From Camelus dromedarius (Eukaryota), in assembly GCF_036321535.1 (NCBI RefSeq), contig NC_087436.1, positions 110,734,001 through 110,798,000 of the forward strand: 64,000 bases of DNA, read 5' to 3'. Below, in pieces: positions 1 through 12,335 of this stretch. Numbering within the stretch: position 1 is the first letter of the stretch; every line of letters starts with the position of its first letter. A model generated the notes under the pieces. That model had not been told where the DNA came from. It ran no database searches and worked only from the letters and a program-made list of their open reading frames with translations. Made by a program: the position numbers and the translations under genes.

Positions 1-389
1 ATGTTAAAAGGTATTTATGACTCTCTTGGCATGGGTATGATCTCAGAGATTTACTTCAAGTTGAAAAATTTTAGGTGTTTAAAAAAACTGTAATGAAGCT
101 AATTAGTAAACACCTATATCTAGTATTTTAATATGGTTTTTAGTCAATGAAAATAGAAATCAAATTGAATAACTCTACTCACACTAAAGTAAAACTTTTT
201 ATGGCTTAAGTGAATATTAAAAAAGATAATTTTCTAATCACATTTATAAGCCCCTAGATGGACATTTGAAGTGAACTATGGCTGTTTACAAAGCAGAACA
301 AGATGTCCCATTTGTCAAGGCTAAAAGTCATAAGGAGATGGCAAAAGGATAATGCTATTTACCATACAGATAACACTTATTAAGGGTTT

Positions 390-555
390 ATTCTCTGTCA
401 GGTGCAGCACTAAGCACTTTATAGTACATTGTTCCTTTTAAAATGCACAATAGCATTATTCTTGCCTCCATTTTAAATACAGGGAATTCAAGCCCAGAGA
501 GGTTAAGATTTGCCAAGGATGGGGTAAATGCCTCAAGTAAATGGTAGAATAGGGT
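390..555 (-). mobile_element. MIR SINE fragment
   Basis: ccattttaaatacagggaattcaagcccagagaggttaagatttgccaagg resembles the reverse complement of the MIR core. Confidence 0.7.
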
Positions 556-605
556 ACTGACATGTTTATCTATTTTTAAAGGCACACACTCTAAATTGAA
601 CTTCT

Positions 606-1090
606 TCAATCATTTCATCCACAAATATTTATTGAGACCTCTAAAGTGCTGGGTAGAGCTCAAGATTCTGGTGAAACAGGAATAAGCAAGAAAGGCAAAA
701 CCACTGCCTTCCTCAAACATTCTTTTGGGAACAGATGGAAAATCAATACATAAACTAATGAACAAGATTATTGCAGATGGTGATAAGTGCAAAACAGAAC
801 AGGATGATGAGCCAAGAAGTAAGAAATAAGGACAGCTGACAATTCCCATACATACCTCTTAAAGGTCTTACTGGGGAGGTGACAGTGAAACCAGATCCCC
901 AGGTCCCGAACCATGAGAAATCCTCTGACATAAGGGGCCTGGGGCAGTCTTCTGCAAAGTCCTCCCTTGAGAGGTCAGAGGAACAAAATGAATGCCAGGG
1001 CAGCCAGAGCACAGACTGGGAAGGAGAGCAAGCATGGTGCGGGCTGCAGTTAGAGACAGGCAGGATCAAATATCTTGACAACAAACACAT
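606..1090 (-). mobile_element. L2 LINE 3' end; probably continues at ~4530-4612 after interruption by L1s
   Basis: Starts caatcatttcatccacaaatatttattgag (reverse complement of the L2 3' terminus); ggagtttggattttactctaag near 4548 is the next L2 segment. Confidence 0.7.
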
Positions 1091-1467
1091 TGCCATGTAA
1101 AAAGTAAAACCCATAAACATAAAGGTTTCACTATTCTAATGCAAACACTGCCAAGAGTTACATAGTAAACGGTATTTATGTCAAACACTTTATAAGGGAA
1201 AGATTTAGCCTAAATATCAATATAATGATTACTACATTCTTATATTTAGATAGGAAAAATATTCCATTTTCAACACTATAGGTAAGTTTTGGCTTGAGCT
1301 ATTTAGATGTGTGGGGATTTTTTTTTTTTTATAATTTCACTCCTTTATTTACCATTGCAAACAGACAAAAAAGATGCATACCAACAGGTTAATGGTGTTA
1401 TCTCTAGGTGATGGGAGTGATGAATAATTTTAATAACCTTCTTTTTACATATATTTTCTAAATTTTC

Positions 1468-1812
1468 TCTTTTTTGCTTTCTTTATATTTTTTATTGACG
1501 CATAGTTGATTTACAATAGTATATTAGGGGTACAACATAGTGGGTGATTCAATATTTTTATAGATTGTACTTCATTTAAAGTTATTACAAAGTAATGACT
1601 ATATTTCTCTGTGATGCACAATAAATCCTTGTTACTTATTTATTTTATACATAGTAGTTCGTATCTCTTTATCCCATACCCGTATCTTGTCCCTGTCACA
1701 TTCCTTATCCCCACTGGTATCCACTAGTTTGCTCTCTATACCTGTGAGTCTGTTTCTCTTTTGTTATATACATTTGTTTGTTTTCTTTTTTTAGCTTCCA
1801 CATATATGAGAT
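1468..1812 (-). mobile_element. L1 3' UTR and tail; non-inverted part of a twin-primed L1
   Basis: T-rich tail then tttattgacgcatagttgatttacaat...ttagcttccacatata, the reverse complement of a laurasiatherian/artiodactyl L1 3' end. Confidence 0.85.
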
Positions 1813-2129
1813 ATCACCTCACACTTGTCAGAATGGCTATCATCAAAAAGTCTACAAATAACAAGTGTTGAAAAGGATGTAGAGAATAGGGAACCCTTGT
1901 ATACTGTTGATGGGAATGTAAATTGGTGCAGCCACTGTGGAAAACAGTGTAAAGGTTTCTCAAAAAAACTAAAAATGGAACTACCATATGACCCAGCCAT
2001 TCCACTCCTGGGTAAAAAACCAAAAACATTAACTCAAAAAATTATATGCACCACCACATTCATAGCAGCATTATTTACAATAGCCAAGGCATGGAAGCAA
2101 CCCAAGCGTTCATCCAAGATGAATGAATA
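1810..2129 (+). mobile_element. L1 ORF2 C-terminal fragment; inverted part of the outer L1, first half
   Basis: ORF 1825-2130 contains [12 protein letters not shown] and FIAALFTIAKAWKQPK, typical of the L1 ORF2 C-terminus. Confidence 0.9.
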
Positions 2130-3312
2130 GTTAATGTAATCCCTATCAAATTTCACAGAACTAGAACAAAACTTTTTTAAAATTTATTTGAAAACAAAAA
2201 AGAACCCAAATAGCCAAAAATATCTGGAGAAAGAAGAAGAGCTGAAGGAATCATGTGCCCTGACTTCAGACTATACTACAAAACTATGGTAATCGAAATA
2301 GTATGGTACTGGTGCAAAAATAGACACGTAGATCAATGAGACAGGATGGAAAGTTCAGAAACAAATCCATGCACTTATGGTCAATTAATCTCCAACAGAA
2401 CTGGCAAGAATATACAATGGAGAAAAGACAGTCTCTTCAATAAGTGATGCTGGGAAAACTGGACAGCTACATGTAAAAGAATGAAATTAGAACATTCTCT
2501 AACACCATATATAAAAATAAACTCAAAATAGATTAAAGACTTAAATGTAAGACTGGATGCTATAAAACTCCTAGAGGAAAACATAAGCAGAACACTCTTT
2601 GACATAAATCACAGCAATAATTTTTTGAATTCGTCTCCTAAAGTAATGGAAACAAAAGCAAAACTAAACAAACAGGACCTAATTAAACTTAAAAGTTTTT
2701 GCACAGTAAAGGAAACCATAAACAAAATAAAAAGACAACCTATGGAACAGGAAAAAATATTTGCAAACAATGCAACCAACAAGGGATTAATTTCCAAAAT
2801 ATACAAACAGCACATAAAGCTCAACATCAAAAAAACAAACAATTCCAGGCCAAAAATGGGCAGAAGCCCTAAATAGACACTTCTCCAATGAAAACAGATA
2901 GCCAACAAGCACATGAAAAAATGCTCAACATCACTAATTATTAGAGAAATTCAAATCAAAACTACAATGAGGTATCACATCACACCAGTCAGAACAGCCA
3001 TACTCAAAAAGTCTACAAATAACAAATGCCGGAGACGGTATGGGAAAAAAAAAGAACCCTCTTACACTGTTAATAAGAATATAAATTGGTGGAGCCACTA
3101 TGGAGAACAGTATGGAGATTCCTTAAAAAACTAAAAATAGATTTACGATATGAACCAGTAATCCCATTCCTGGGCATATATACAAAAAAGATGAAAATTC
3201 TAATTTGGAAAGATACATGCATCATAATGTTCACAGCATCACTATTTACAATAGCCAAGACAAGGAAGCAACCTAAATGTCCACTGACAGTTGAATAGAT
3301 AAAGAAGATGTA

Positions 3313-3351
<39 letters not shown>

Positions 3352-3926
3352 TACATATACACACCATACATACTAATACTAATAGTGTGTGTGTGTATAT
3401 ATATACATGTATATATATGTATATATACATATATACACACACACACTATTGAGTGTTACTCAGCCATAAAAAAGAATAAACTAATGCCATTTGCAGCAAC
3501 ATGGATGGGTCTAGAGATTATCATATTAAGTGAAGTAAGTCAGAGAAAGACATAACCCATATGCTATCACTTATATGTGAAATCTAAAAAAATGATGCAA
3601 ATGAATCTATTTACAAAACACAAATAGACTCACAGACATAGAAAACAAATTTATAGTTACCAAAGGGGAAATGTGAGGAGGGATAAATTAGGAGTTTTGA
3701 ATTAACAGATACATACTACTATATATAAAATAGTTAAACAAGGACCTGCTGTACAGCACAGGGAACTATACTCAATATCTTGCAATAATGGAAAAGAATC
3801 TGAGAAAGAATATATACATATATATAAAACTGAATCACTCTGCTATATACCTGAAACTAGCACCACATTGTAAATCAACTATACTTCAATTAAAAACTAT
3901 TTCATCCGCAATAAAAAGAAATTAAA
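2130..3926 (+). mobile_element. 5'-truncated L1 (degraded ORF2 3' part, 3' UTR, A tail) nested in the outer L1
   Basis: ORF2 motifs [50 protein letters not shown] aagatgaatgaata (2116-2129) / aagatgattggata (3927-3940). Confidence 0.92.
3314..3450. repeat. (CA)n/(TA)n compound microsatellite including a 70-bp near-palindrome
   Basis: Seen directly; inverted arms at 3381-3402 and 3429-3450. Confidence 0.95.
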
Positions 3927-4108
3927 AAGATGATTGGATAAAGAAGTGAGATTAGATAGATAGATAGATAGATAGATAGACACATTAGTATATATATAAT
4001 GGAATATTACTCAGCCATAAAAAGAAAGAAATTCTGCCATTTGCAACAATGTGAATGGACCTAGAGAGTATCATGCTTAGTAAAATAAGTCAGATAGAGA
4101 AAGACAAA
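3927..4108 (+). mobile_element. Outer L1, inverted part, second half; contains (GATA)n
   Basis: Resumes at ggataaagaag...ggaatattactcagccataaaaag...cagatagagaaagacaaa, contiguous in L1 with 2129. Confidence 0.85.
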
Positions 4109-4127
4109 AATTTAAACATCTTGCTTT

Positions 4128-4255
4128 TCCTCCTCAATTTTATTAAGATATAATTGACATATAACACTGTGTGACTTTAAGGTATATGATGTGTTGATTT
4201 GACACACATACTACAATATGATTACCAACATCATGTTAGCTAACACATTCATCAA
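4128..4255 (-). mobile_element. Short L1MA-type 3' end
   Basis: ttttattaagatataattgacatataacactgtg; flanking 8-bp direct repeat cttgcttt (4120-4127 / 4256-4263). Confidence 0.7.
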
Positions 4256-5294
4256 CTTGCTTTAATTCAGAAATTCACTAAAAGGACTTTTTTTGATATT
4301 ATTACTGTATTTAACACAAATGCTGATGTATCATTATTTACTTTTTTCAAACCCTTTTGATAAAAGGACAAAAAAGGACACAATTTTGCATTGTTTGTTT
4401 TGATCTTTATAATTTCTAAGTATATAATAAAAGCATTCACTGCCCCTTAAAAATATTCATTTTTTTAAAGTGTACAACTCTGTGGATTTGAGCATTTTCA
4501 CGAAATTGTGAAACTGTCACAACTACCAAGCCTGGTAAGGAAGACTAAGGAGTTTGGATTTTACTCTAAGGGTAATGAGTAGTCATTGGAGGATTTTAAA
4601 CAGAATTTTTGCATGTCTTTTTTTTTTTAACAATAATCTCCTGACCATACTTTCTCTCCTTTCCCTCCAAAACCTACCACTTACTAGCTGAGTGAGCCAA
4701 CCAATGACCAAATCACTTAATGTTCCACCTCAGCTGGCTGGCACTTCTCTCTTATACTCCACCCCCCAATCATATCAGACTACGTTCAGTGCTTAGCTAT
4801 ACAGTGGCTCTTCTCATCTTTGGCCCTTTACACATGCTGTTCACTCTGCCTGGAACACAGATTCTACCTCCTACCTCTCTTTGTCCCACTGGGCAAGTCC
4901 TATCACCTAAGATTCTGATCAAATGTTACTCCGTCCAAAGACTCTGAGGCCCAGTTACCCTATTCTGCACTTTGAGATTTCTTTTTATTTTAATTTTGTA
5001 CATTTTTATTATGAAGTTTTATAACCTCATGACTGAACTACGGGAAAATTTTTAAAAAAATAAAACCATAAAACTCCTACTACTCTAATGCAAATAGCTT
5101 TCTTTAAATTAAAATGAAGTTAACAATTTTTGCATAGGACTATTTTTTCACATTACAAAGCATTGCTATAGGTAGATTCCCAAGAGAGGAAATATTGTGC
5201 CAACATGTAAATATGAATAGTTTCCCAAAGTGTAAGATATTTACATTCCATACTGTAGGGTATGAGCAACTCTGCTCCTGCCTCTTTTCATACC

Positions 5295-5298
5295 TATT

Positions 5299-5353
<55 letters not shown>

Positions 5354-5354
5354 C

Positions 5355-5389
<35 letters not shown>

Positions 5390-5390
5390 T
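5295..5390. repeat. (TTTA)~23 microsatellite derived from the tail of an L1MB-type element
   Basis: Seen directly; abuts the L1 3' end at 5391. Confidence 0.95.
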
Positions 5391-5491
5391 GAAATGTAAT
5401 TCACATATCATAAAAAGTCACCTTTTCAAAGTGTGATATCACTTAAAGTATGCAATTTGGTAGTTTTTAGTATTTTCACAAATTGTGCAAC

Positions 5492-5885
5492 TTTTAGTTC
5501 ACAAACTGGCCCCCATCAACAAAAGGCAAGGAGAGACTGAAAAAAGAGAATACCCCAAATTTGTAGGTGGCAGGTTTAATAAGCAAGGGAACTTACCTAT
5601 GAGGCTTGCCTTAGGTGTCTGCAAGATGAGATCTCCACACCCGCCCATCATACTCTAAAATATTTATATAGAAGCCTTAACTGGGTTAAGTCATATATAC
5701 CATACAGATGGTCCCAACAATACATGCTGTCTCAAAGCTGCATCCTTGAAAACAGCTCCCACTGTGGGAATGGTGGGTAGAACATACATTTCAAGGAAAG
5801 GGAGAGGGTAAGGAGCCTCTGATTGCCCAGATCCAGCTTGCAGGTCAACTAGCAGTTAAGTTCTCTCAAGTGACCTACTATAACA
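5492..5885 (-). mobile_element. Solo LTR (5-bp TSD suggests ERVL class); same family as 24388-24816
   Basis: Ends ...taaca; 5-bp TSD gcaac (5487-5491 / 5886-5890); on the minus strand has a tatataa box and an attaaa polyA signal. Confidence 0.85.
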
Positions 5886-6138
5886 GCAACCATCATCACT
5901 ATCTAATTCCAGGATATTTTCATCACACCAAAAATAAAACTTGTACCCGTTAGCAGTCACTTCCTATTCCTATCCCATCCAAGCTTCTAGCAACGACTAA
6001 TTTATTTTCTGTCTCTAAGGATTTGCCTTTTCTGGATATTTCATATCAATGGGATCATACAATACACGGTCTTTTGTATCTGACATCTTTCATTTAGCAT
6101 ACAATTTTTATGGTTCACCCATGCTGTACCATGGATCA

Positions 6139-7689
6139 AGAAGAGAGAGACAATTTGAATAGACTGATCACTTGTAGTTAAATTGAATCTGTAATAAAAA
6201 AAGAACTCCAAACAAACAAAAGTCCAGGACCTTTTAGGAGAGCACATAAAGGAGAGCTAATATCTATCCTTCTCAAGCTATTCCAGAAAATAAAATGAAC
6301 AAAACACCCCAAACTCATTCTATGAAGCCACCATTCCCTGATACCAAAATCAGACAAAGATACTACAATAAAAGAAAATTACAGGTCAATATCTTTGATG
6401 ACTACAAACGTAAAGATCCTCAACAAAATATTAGCAAACCAAATCCAACAATATATAAAAAGGATCATACAGTATGATCAAGTTGGGTTTATTCCAGGGA
6501 CACAAGGATTGCACAATATTCACAAATCAATCAATATGATACACCACATTAACATAAGGAAGGAGAAAAAAATCACATGATCATCTCCACAGATGCAGAA
6601 AAAGAATTTGACAAAAGTCAACATCCATCCATCCAACATAAAAACTCTCATAGAAGTGGGCATAGAGATAACAAAGTCCATGTGTGACAAACCCATAGTT
6701 GCATCATACTCAGTGGTGAACAGCTGGAAGACTTCCCTGTAAATTTAGGAACAAGACAAAGATGCCCATTCTTACTACTTTGATTTAACATGGTATTGGA
6801 ACTCCAAGCCACAGCAATCAGACAAGCAAAAAGAGATAAAAGGCATCAAAATTAAAAGGGAAGAAGTCAAACTGGGAATAAGTAAAACTGTCACTATTAG
6901 CAGATGATATGATACTTTATCTAGAAAACCCTAAAGTCTCCACCCAAAAACTATTAGAATAATAAATTCAGCAAAGTTGCAGGATACAGTAATAATGTTA
7001 AAAATACGTTCCTTTTCTATACACCAATAATGAACTATCAGAAAGAGAAAAGTTTTTTAAAAACCCATTTAATATCGCATCAGAAAGAATAAAACAACTA
7101 GGAATAAACTTAACCAAGGAGGTGAAAGACCTATGCTCTGAAAACGATAAAATACCGATGAAGGAAACCAAAGATGATACAAAGAAATAGAAAGATACCC
7201 CATGTGCTTGGGTAGGAAGAATTAATATTGTTAAAATGGCCACATGACTCAAAGCAATCTTCAGATTCAATGCAATCCCTATCAAAATATCCACATTATT
7301 TTAATAGAGCTAGAATAAATAATCTTAAAATTCATATAGAACCACAAAAGAATCTGAATAGCCAAAGAAAACTTGAGTAAAAAGAACAAAGCTGGAGGTA
7401 TCACTCTCCCAGACTTCAGACTATACTTACAAAGCAACAGTAATGAAAATAGCATGGTACTGGCAGAAAAACAAATTCATAGATCGATGTAACAGATTAG
7501 AGAGCCCAGAAACAAAACCACACATCTACGATAAATTAACTTATGACAAAGGAGGCAAGAAGATACAATGGAGAAAACGACAATTTCTTCAGTAAGTGGC
7601 GCCAGGAAAACTGGACAGCTACATGTAAAGCTCCGAGATTAGAACATTTCTGCACACCATATACAAAAATAAACTCGAAATGGATTAAA
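6139..7689 (+). mobile_element. Internal L1 ORF2 (reverse transcriptase region) fragment, degraded, no 3' UTR or tail
   Basis: [32 protein letters not shown], gcagatgatatgata ((F)ADDM motif) and PYTKINSKWIK; frameshifts and stops. Confidence 0.92.
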
Positions 7690-8779
7690 TCTCTTCACCT
7701 ATTATTATGGCTGAATAACATTCCATTTTATGGATATGCCACATTTTGCTTTTCCATTCATCAGTTGATAAACATTTGGCTTTTTTCCACTTTTTGACTA
7801 TTATAAATAATACTGCTACGAACATTCATGTACAAGTTTCTGTATGAATATGTGTTTTTATTTCTTTTGGATGTTCCTAGGAGTTGAATTGCTGGACTAC
7901 ATGGACTAGACTATATGTTTAACTTTTTGAGGAGCTGCCAAATTATCTTCTAAACTGGCTGTACTATTTAACACTTCCAGGAGCAATATCTGAGGCTTTC
8001 AATTTCTCCACATTCTCACTAACACTTGCTATTGTCTATATTTTTTGTTTCAGCTATCCTAGTGCACGTGAAGTTGTATCTCATGATTTTGATTGACTAA
8101 TGATGTCATGAGCAACTTGTTATGCACCTATGCTTAACACTTACTTTACCAGATTGTAATGATTTGTATTAATGTCTATTCCTCTTCCAGACTGCAAGTT
8201 CCTTAAGAGTAGATATGATGTTATTTGTCACTGCATCTCTAAAAACTGAAATCAACAAGTGAATGAATTAGCTAGTGAACAAATGAACAAGCTAAGAAAA
8301 GAACATAAGACTTAAGGAATTCTAAAAGGCCATTTGCTAAAATAACAATAATAATAATAAATTAAAAGGGAGAGATAAGGGAAGACAATTGGTGACACAG
8401 TGGTAGGAATTTAGACAGAGGAGGGAAACCCCTGTTAAGACTGAATCATCTGAAGATGTGACATTTTTACTGAGATTTTAATAAACAAAAGAGACCGTCA
8501 AGCAAAGAACTGAGGGGAAGGGCATTCCAAGCAAATGGCTCAACACATAGCAACAACATGGATGATAAAGGGAGATGAAATCCAGGAAGTGAAGAGCAAT
8601 GTATCAAACACACACTTGTCAATGTTGTTACAGGTTTATATCTGTGGTGGTCCCTTGGGACTGTCCGCAATGTTCTAGTTCTTTCATTTAGTGTAAAGTG
8701 ATATAATAGCTGTTCTCTACTGAGTTAAATGCAAGTACTTGCTTCACCAACACAAGTCGAGGAACAAAAGAAATGGTTT

Positions 8780-9395
8780 CTTTCCCCACAGAAGCTTAAA
8801 GACCAGCCTGCGATTCACTGAATCTGTTTGCCTTGCCTCGGTGATTGTAGAAGCCTAGGATTAAAACAGAGGCTCAATCAGTCTAGGTCCCTGAGTGCCC
8901 ATGATGACCAGAGCCTGTAAGCAGGCTGTATTAGTCTGCTTGAGCTGTCATAACAACATACCATACACGGGGTGACTTAAACAACAGGTATTTATTTCTC
9001 ACCACATGTAGGCTGCAAAGCCTAAGATCAAGGTTTCCACTGATTCAGTACCTGGTGACAGCCCTCTTCCTAACTTGCGCATGGTCACTTTCTCACTGTG
9101 TCCTCACATGGTGGGGAGAGAGAGAGAGAGAGGAAGGAAGCTCTCTGATATCTCTTCTTATAAGGCCACTAATTACATCACCAGGGCCCCATCTGCATAA
9201 CCTCATCTAATACTAATTAACTCTCAAAGGACCCGTCTACAAATATTATCACTTTGGGGTAAGGGCATCAATATATGAATTTCGGCAGGGGAACATAATT
9301 CAGTCTATAGTATAGACTCACAATGAATATGCAACATGCAAGAAAAATAAACATTATTTTTGTTACTGCACAAGAAATTAACCCATCTTGACTGA
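8780..9395 (+). mobile_element. Old MLT1 (J/I-like) MaLR LTR interrupted by MLT1A
   Basis: tcagtctaggtccctgagtg...agagcc and atgcaagaaaaataaac...ttgttactgc flank the nested element. Confidence 0.5.
8927..9312 (-). mobile_element. MLT1A-type MaLR solo LTR
   Basis: tgtattagtctgcttgagctgtcataacaa...aattcagtctatagta matches MLT1A0 architecture. Confidence 0.85.
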
Positions 9396-10942
9396 TTTGG
9401 TATTTTATTCTAAGTTCTTTGAAAAGACACTGGGGAAATTAATGAGGAGCATGACAGGACATAATTTATGTTTATAAATGTGTGTAAACGGATGTTGAAG
9501 GTCAAAGAATAGCCACAGAGAGAAAGAGAACTGTTGAAGGGTAGTTACAGGTGACCAGACACGAGCTTAGACCATAATAATATAAGTAGAAATGTACAGA
9601 AATCATTATAACTTGAAACAAATGAACGTGGGGAGCATGAAAAAGTCAGTTACCATCTCCATGTCCGTAACAGTACTACCAGTCTGCAGCATCATAGGGA
9701 GTATAAATAGTTTATTTGTGAGGGAATCTAGCACATCATACTCTCAGGACTCAGTAAGATTAGCCCCCGTTCTCTTCTCTCCTCTACCACCACCATCATC
9801 ACTGCCACTATGTCCCAGGGCTGAATTCAACAATGAAATTTTCCTCTTCAAATTATACCATTGTTTCATCATTACAGGGGATCACAGTAGAAGAGCTTGG
9901 GTCTCTAACCACAAAACTTGGCTCACCACATATTTCACCCAGGGCTGGCTCACAAATTCAATTTCTGTTTACCTCTTCTCAACAAAGAGCTCTGCCTATG
10001 GCTAACAATAAATGATGCACCATTCACAGTGAGGCAGCTTGACAGGGAAGAAAAACCAAACGAGAGTGGCTCACAGTGCTATTGAAGCAACTATCTTACT
10101 TATAATTATTCTTGACAACCAGAAATTTGTGAAAAGAGAAGACGTTTGGGTTATGTTGTTTCCAGTAGGCTTGTGGCCACTTGACTTCAGTAAAGGGGAT
10201 TGGATATCCCTTCTCTTTATAATAACCACAATTTTTTTTAGCAAAACAATCAGTGTTTCCTGTAAACATTATTCAATTTGGAATTCTAGTTGCCTAATTG
10301 TCTGCTGCAGTAACAAGGTGGAAAAATCATATCATTGTTTCAGCCATGAGATATCCAGTGATTTAGCACAGGCTTAGGGCAACAAGAATGTAATTGTGGA
10401 CTTTAGGCATCAAAATGGATGGGAGTGGGCAAGGGAAATATTTCTTGCACAAAATATTTCTTGGTTCAGTGCCTTGCAGATAACTGCATATTACTTACGG
10501 AAGCATTTTTTAAAATACGATGCTCAATAATATAAAGAAATTTTTACACATCATACACATTAAAAGAGAGAATGCTTCTCAGCTATAGTTAAGTCCAGGC
10601 AGCCTCAGCAGAGCAAAGATAGTATTTGTGTTGAATATTTGTACAGAAAGAAAGGGTGGGAGAGACCACTCCCCAGTCTCCTTCAGCACCATTTCTCTCA
10701 CACTCACATCACCATTATGAAGGCACTTATGCCCTTAATGCCCAGATAACAACTTAAGAGAGAGAGAGGAAAGGAGTGAATATTTGAAGGGAGACAAACA
10801 GCCCTGGATGGGAATTAAACTGAGTATCTATCAAAAGAGGCTGAGAAGACCTAAAACAGATAGAATTGTCTCCTTTTACACTGAAAAGGGAATTCATAGA
10901 CACTTATGGGCAATAAAGAAAGAGAAATTTCTTTTGCACCAC

Positions 10943-11147
10943 TGCATTATAGAACAATGGCCCCCTCCCAAAAATGGCCACATATGTCTCTGGATCCCCA
11001 GAGCATGTGAATATGTTACATGGCAAAGAGAAATTAAGGTTGCAGATGGAATTAAGGTTGATAATCAAGTGACCTTAAATAACTAAGATTACCCTGGATT
11101 ATTCGGGTGGGCCCCGTGTACTCAGAAAGGTCCATACAAGTGGAAGA
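10943..11147 (+). mobile_element. MLT1D-like LTR 5' fragment
   Basis: tgtgaatatgttacatggcaaagagaaattaaggttgcagatggaattaaggttgataatca. Confidence 0.8.
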
Positions 11148-11625
11148 ACCACTGAAATAAGGAAACTACAGTTTACATGGATTAATTTGCCCAAGGACAC
11201 AGAGCTAGTGAGCGGCGGCAAAGTCAGTGCTTTTCGAATCAACCTGAGATCTCTCTGCTGTGACTCTACTCCAGCTCTCATATAGAACCCAGGGTTTCTT
11301 GTATTCTCTCTCCTTCGATTATGCCTTGTTTTAAGTCCTGCACCCAAAGCTGTGTGCAATTTTCCTAACTGCTGCCCCTGCTGTGTTTTACAGAATATGC
11401 AGTAGGGATTCTTATTTCCAAATAAATATCAAGAGAGGAGTAAACTCTTCAGATTAAATTAAGCAGAGAGAAAGGTGAAAACAGTGTCTACAGAGATTAC
11501 TACCTCTACCAGGAGACACAATGGAGGACACGGGGTGTTCTGTTCCTTTTGAGAATTTAGATCCTTCTGTGCTAAAGCAAACCCAAAATTTTCTTCTGCT
11601 AAGGGATCCAAGCTGATTACGAATA

Positions 11626-11836
11626 CAATGCATGGCAACATCTGTGGTTTGCACATTGTTGAACTAAAAAGGCTCTAATATGTTGGAGCAGAGGCCAAGC
11701 AACCAGTATCCATGGCAACTCCGGGTTTAGTTTCAACTGCCAGTGGTGGAGAGCATTCAGTCAGATTCTTATATTTGTCTAAATGGCACCCAATAAATAT
11801 TTCTCATAGCCAACATTTTTGTCTTGGCTTGGTAAC
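11626..11836. promoter_or_regulatory. Candidate RFX X-box cluster
   Basis: GTATCCATGGCAAC (11706-11719), CATGGCAAC half-site (11631-11639), CTTGGCTTGGTAAC (11823-11836) in apparently non-repeat DNA. Confidence 0.4.
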
Positions 11837-12094
11837 ATTGGAAAAGGAGATCTGAATGGGGGAGAAAGACAAGGGAAGAATTCACCACAAAAGGACTAAC
11901 TTCAGGACAGCTAAAATTAGTATTTCACTCATCAAGGGAGAAAGAATCAAGGAAATTAAAATATATATGCACATAGGAGTGAGTGTGGAGGGGGAGAGGG
12001 AAAGAGAATCAAAATGCCCGGCCTTGTATTATCAATAAAAAGTGATTTTTAAAAAGTCATGAAATCTGGTTGTGTTTACAAACTAAAAATCCAC

Positions 12095-12335
12095 TACAGT
12101 TTATTGAGGATTCATTGAGGCATTATGATAGGTACTTTACAAGCATTAGCTCTAATCCTCACACGCACACACGCACACACACACACACAAATACAAGAAA
12201 GCTATTACTGTCTCCATTTTACACTGAAGGAAGTTGCACTGGAGAAAATTTAAACAACTTACCCACCGTTAACAGATTTTGTCTGTAAAAGAGTTGAAAA
12301 TAGGTCTCTCTGATTTGATTTAAAAGTCCCTGCCT
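12095..12335 (-). mobile_element. MIR with internal (CA)n
   Basis: tttattgag...ctccattttacactgaaggaagttg...aacttaccc. Confidence 0.7.

Larger units (their letters stand above)
5391..8130 (-). mobile_element. L1MB-type 3' region interrupted by an LTR (5492-5885) and an L1 ORF2 fragment (6139-7689)
   Basis: gaaatgtaattcacatatcataaaa..., gcaaccatcatcactatctaattccag..., ttatggctgaataacattccat... are collinear L1MB 3' segments. Confidence 0.8.

Noticed and set aside
6139..7689. Reverse transcriptase motifs as an active RT gene or novel retro-system
   Set aside because: Ordinary L1 ORF2 with many stops and frameshifts
9592..10005. 137-aa ORF in unique sequence
   Set aside because: No recognisable domain, composition typical of a chance ORF, no convincing splice context
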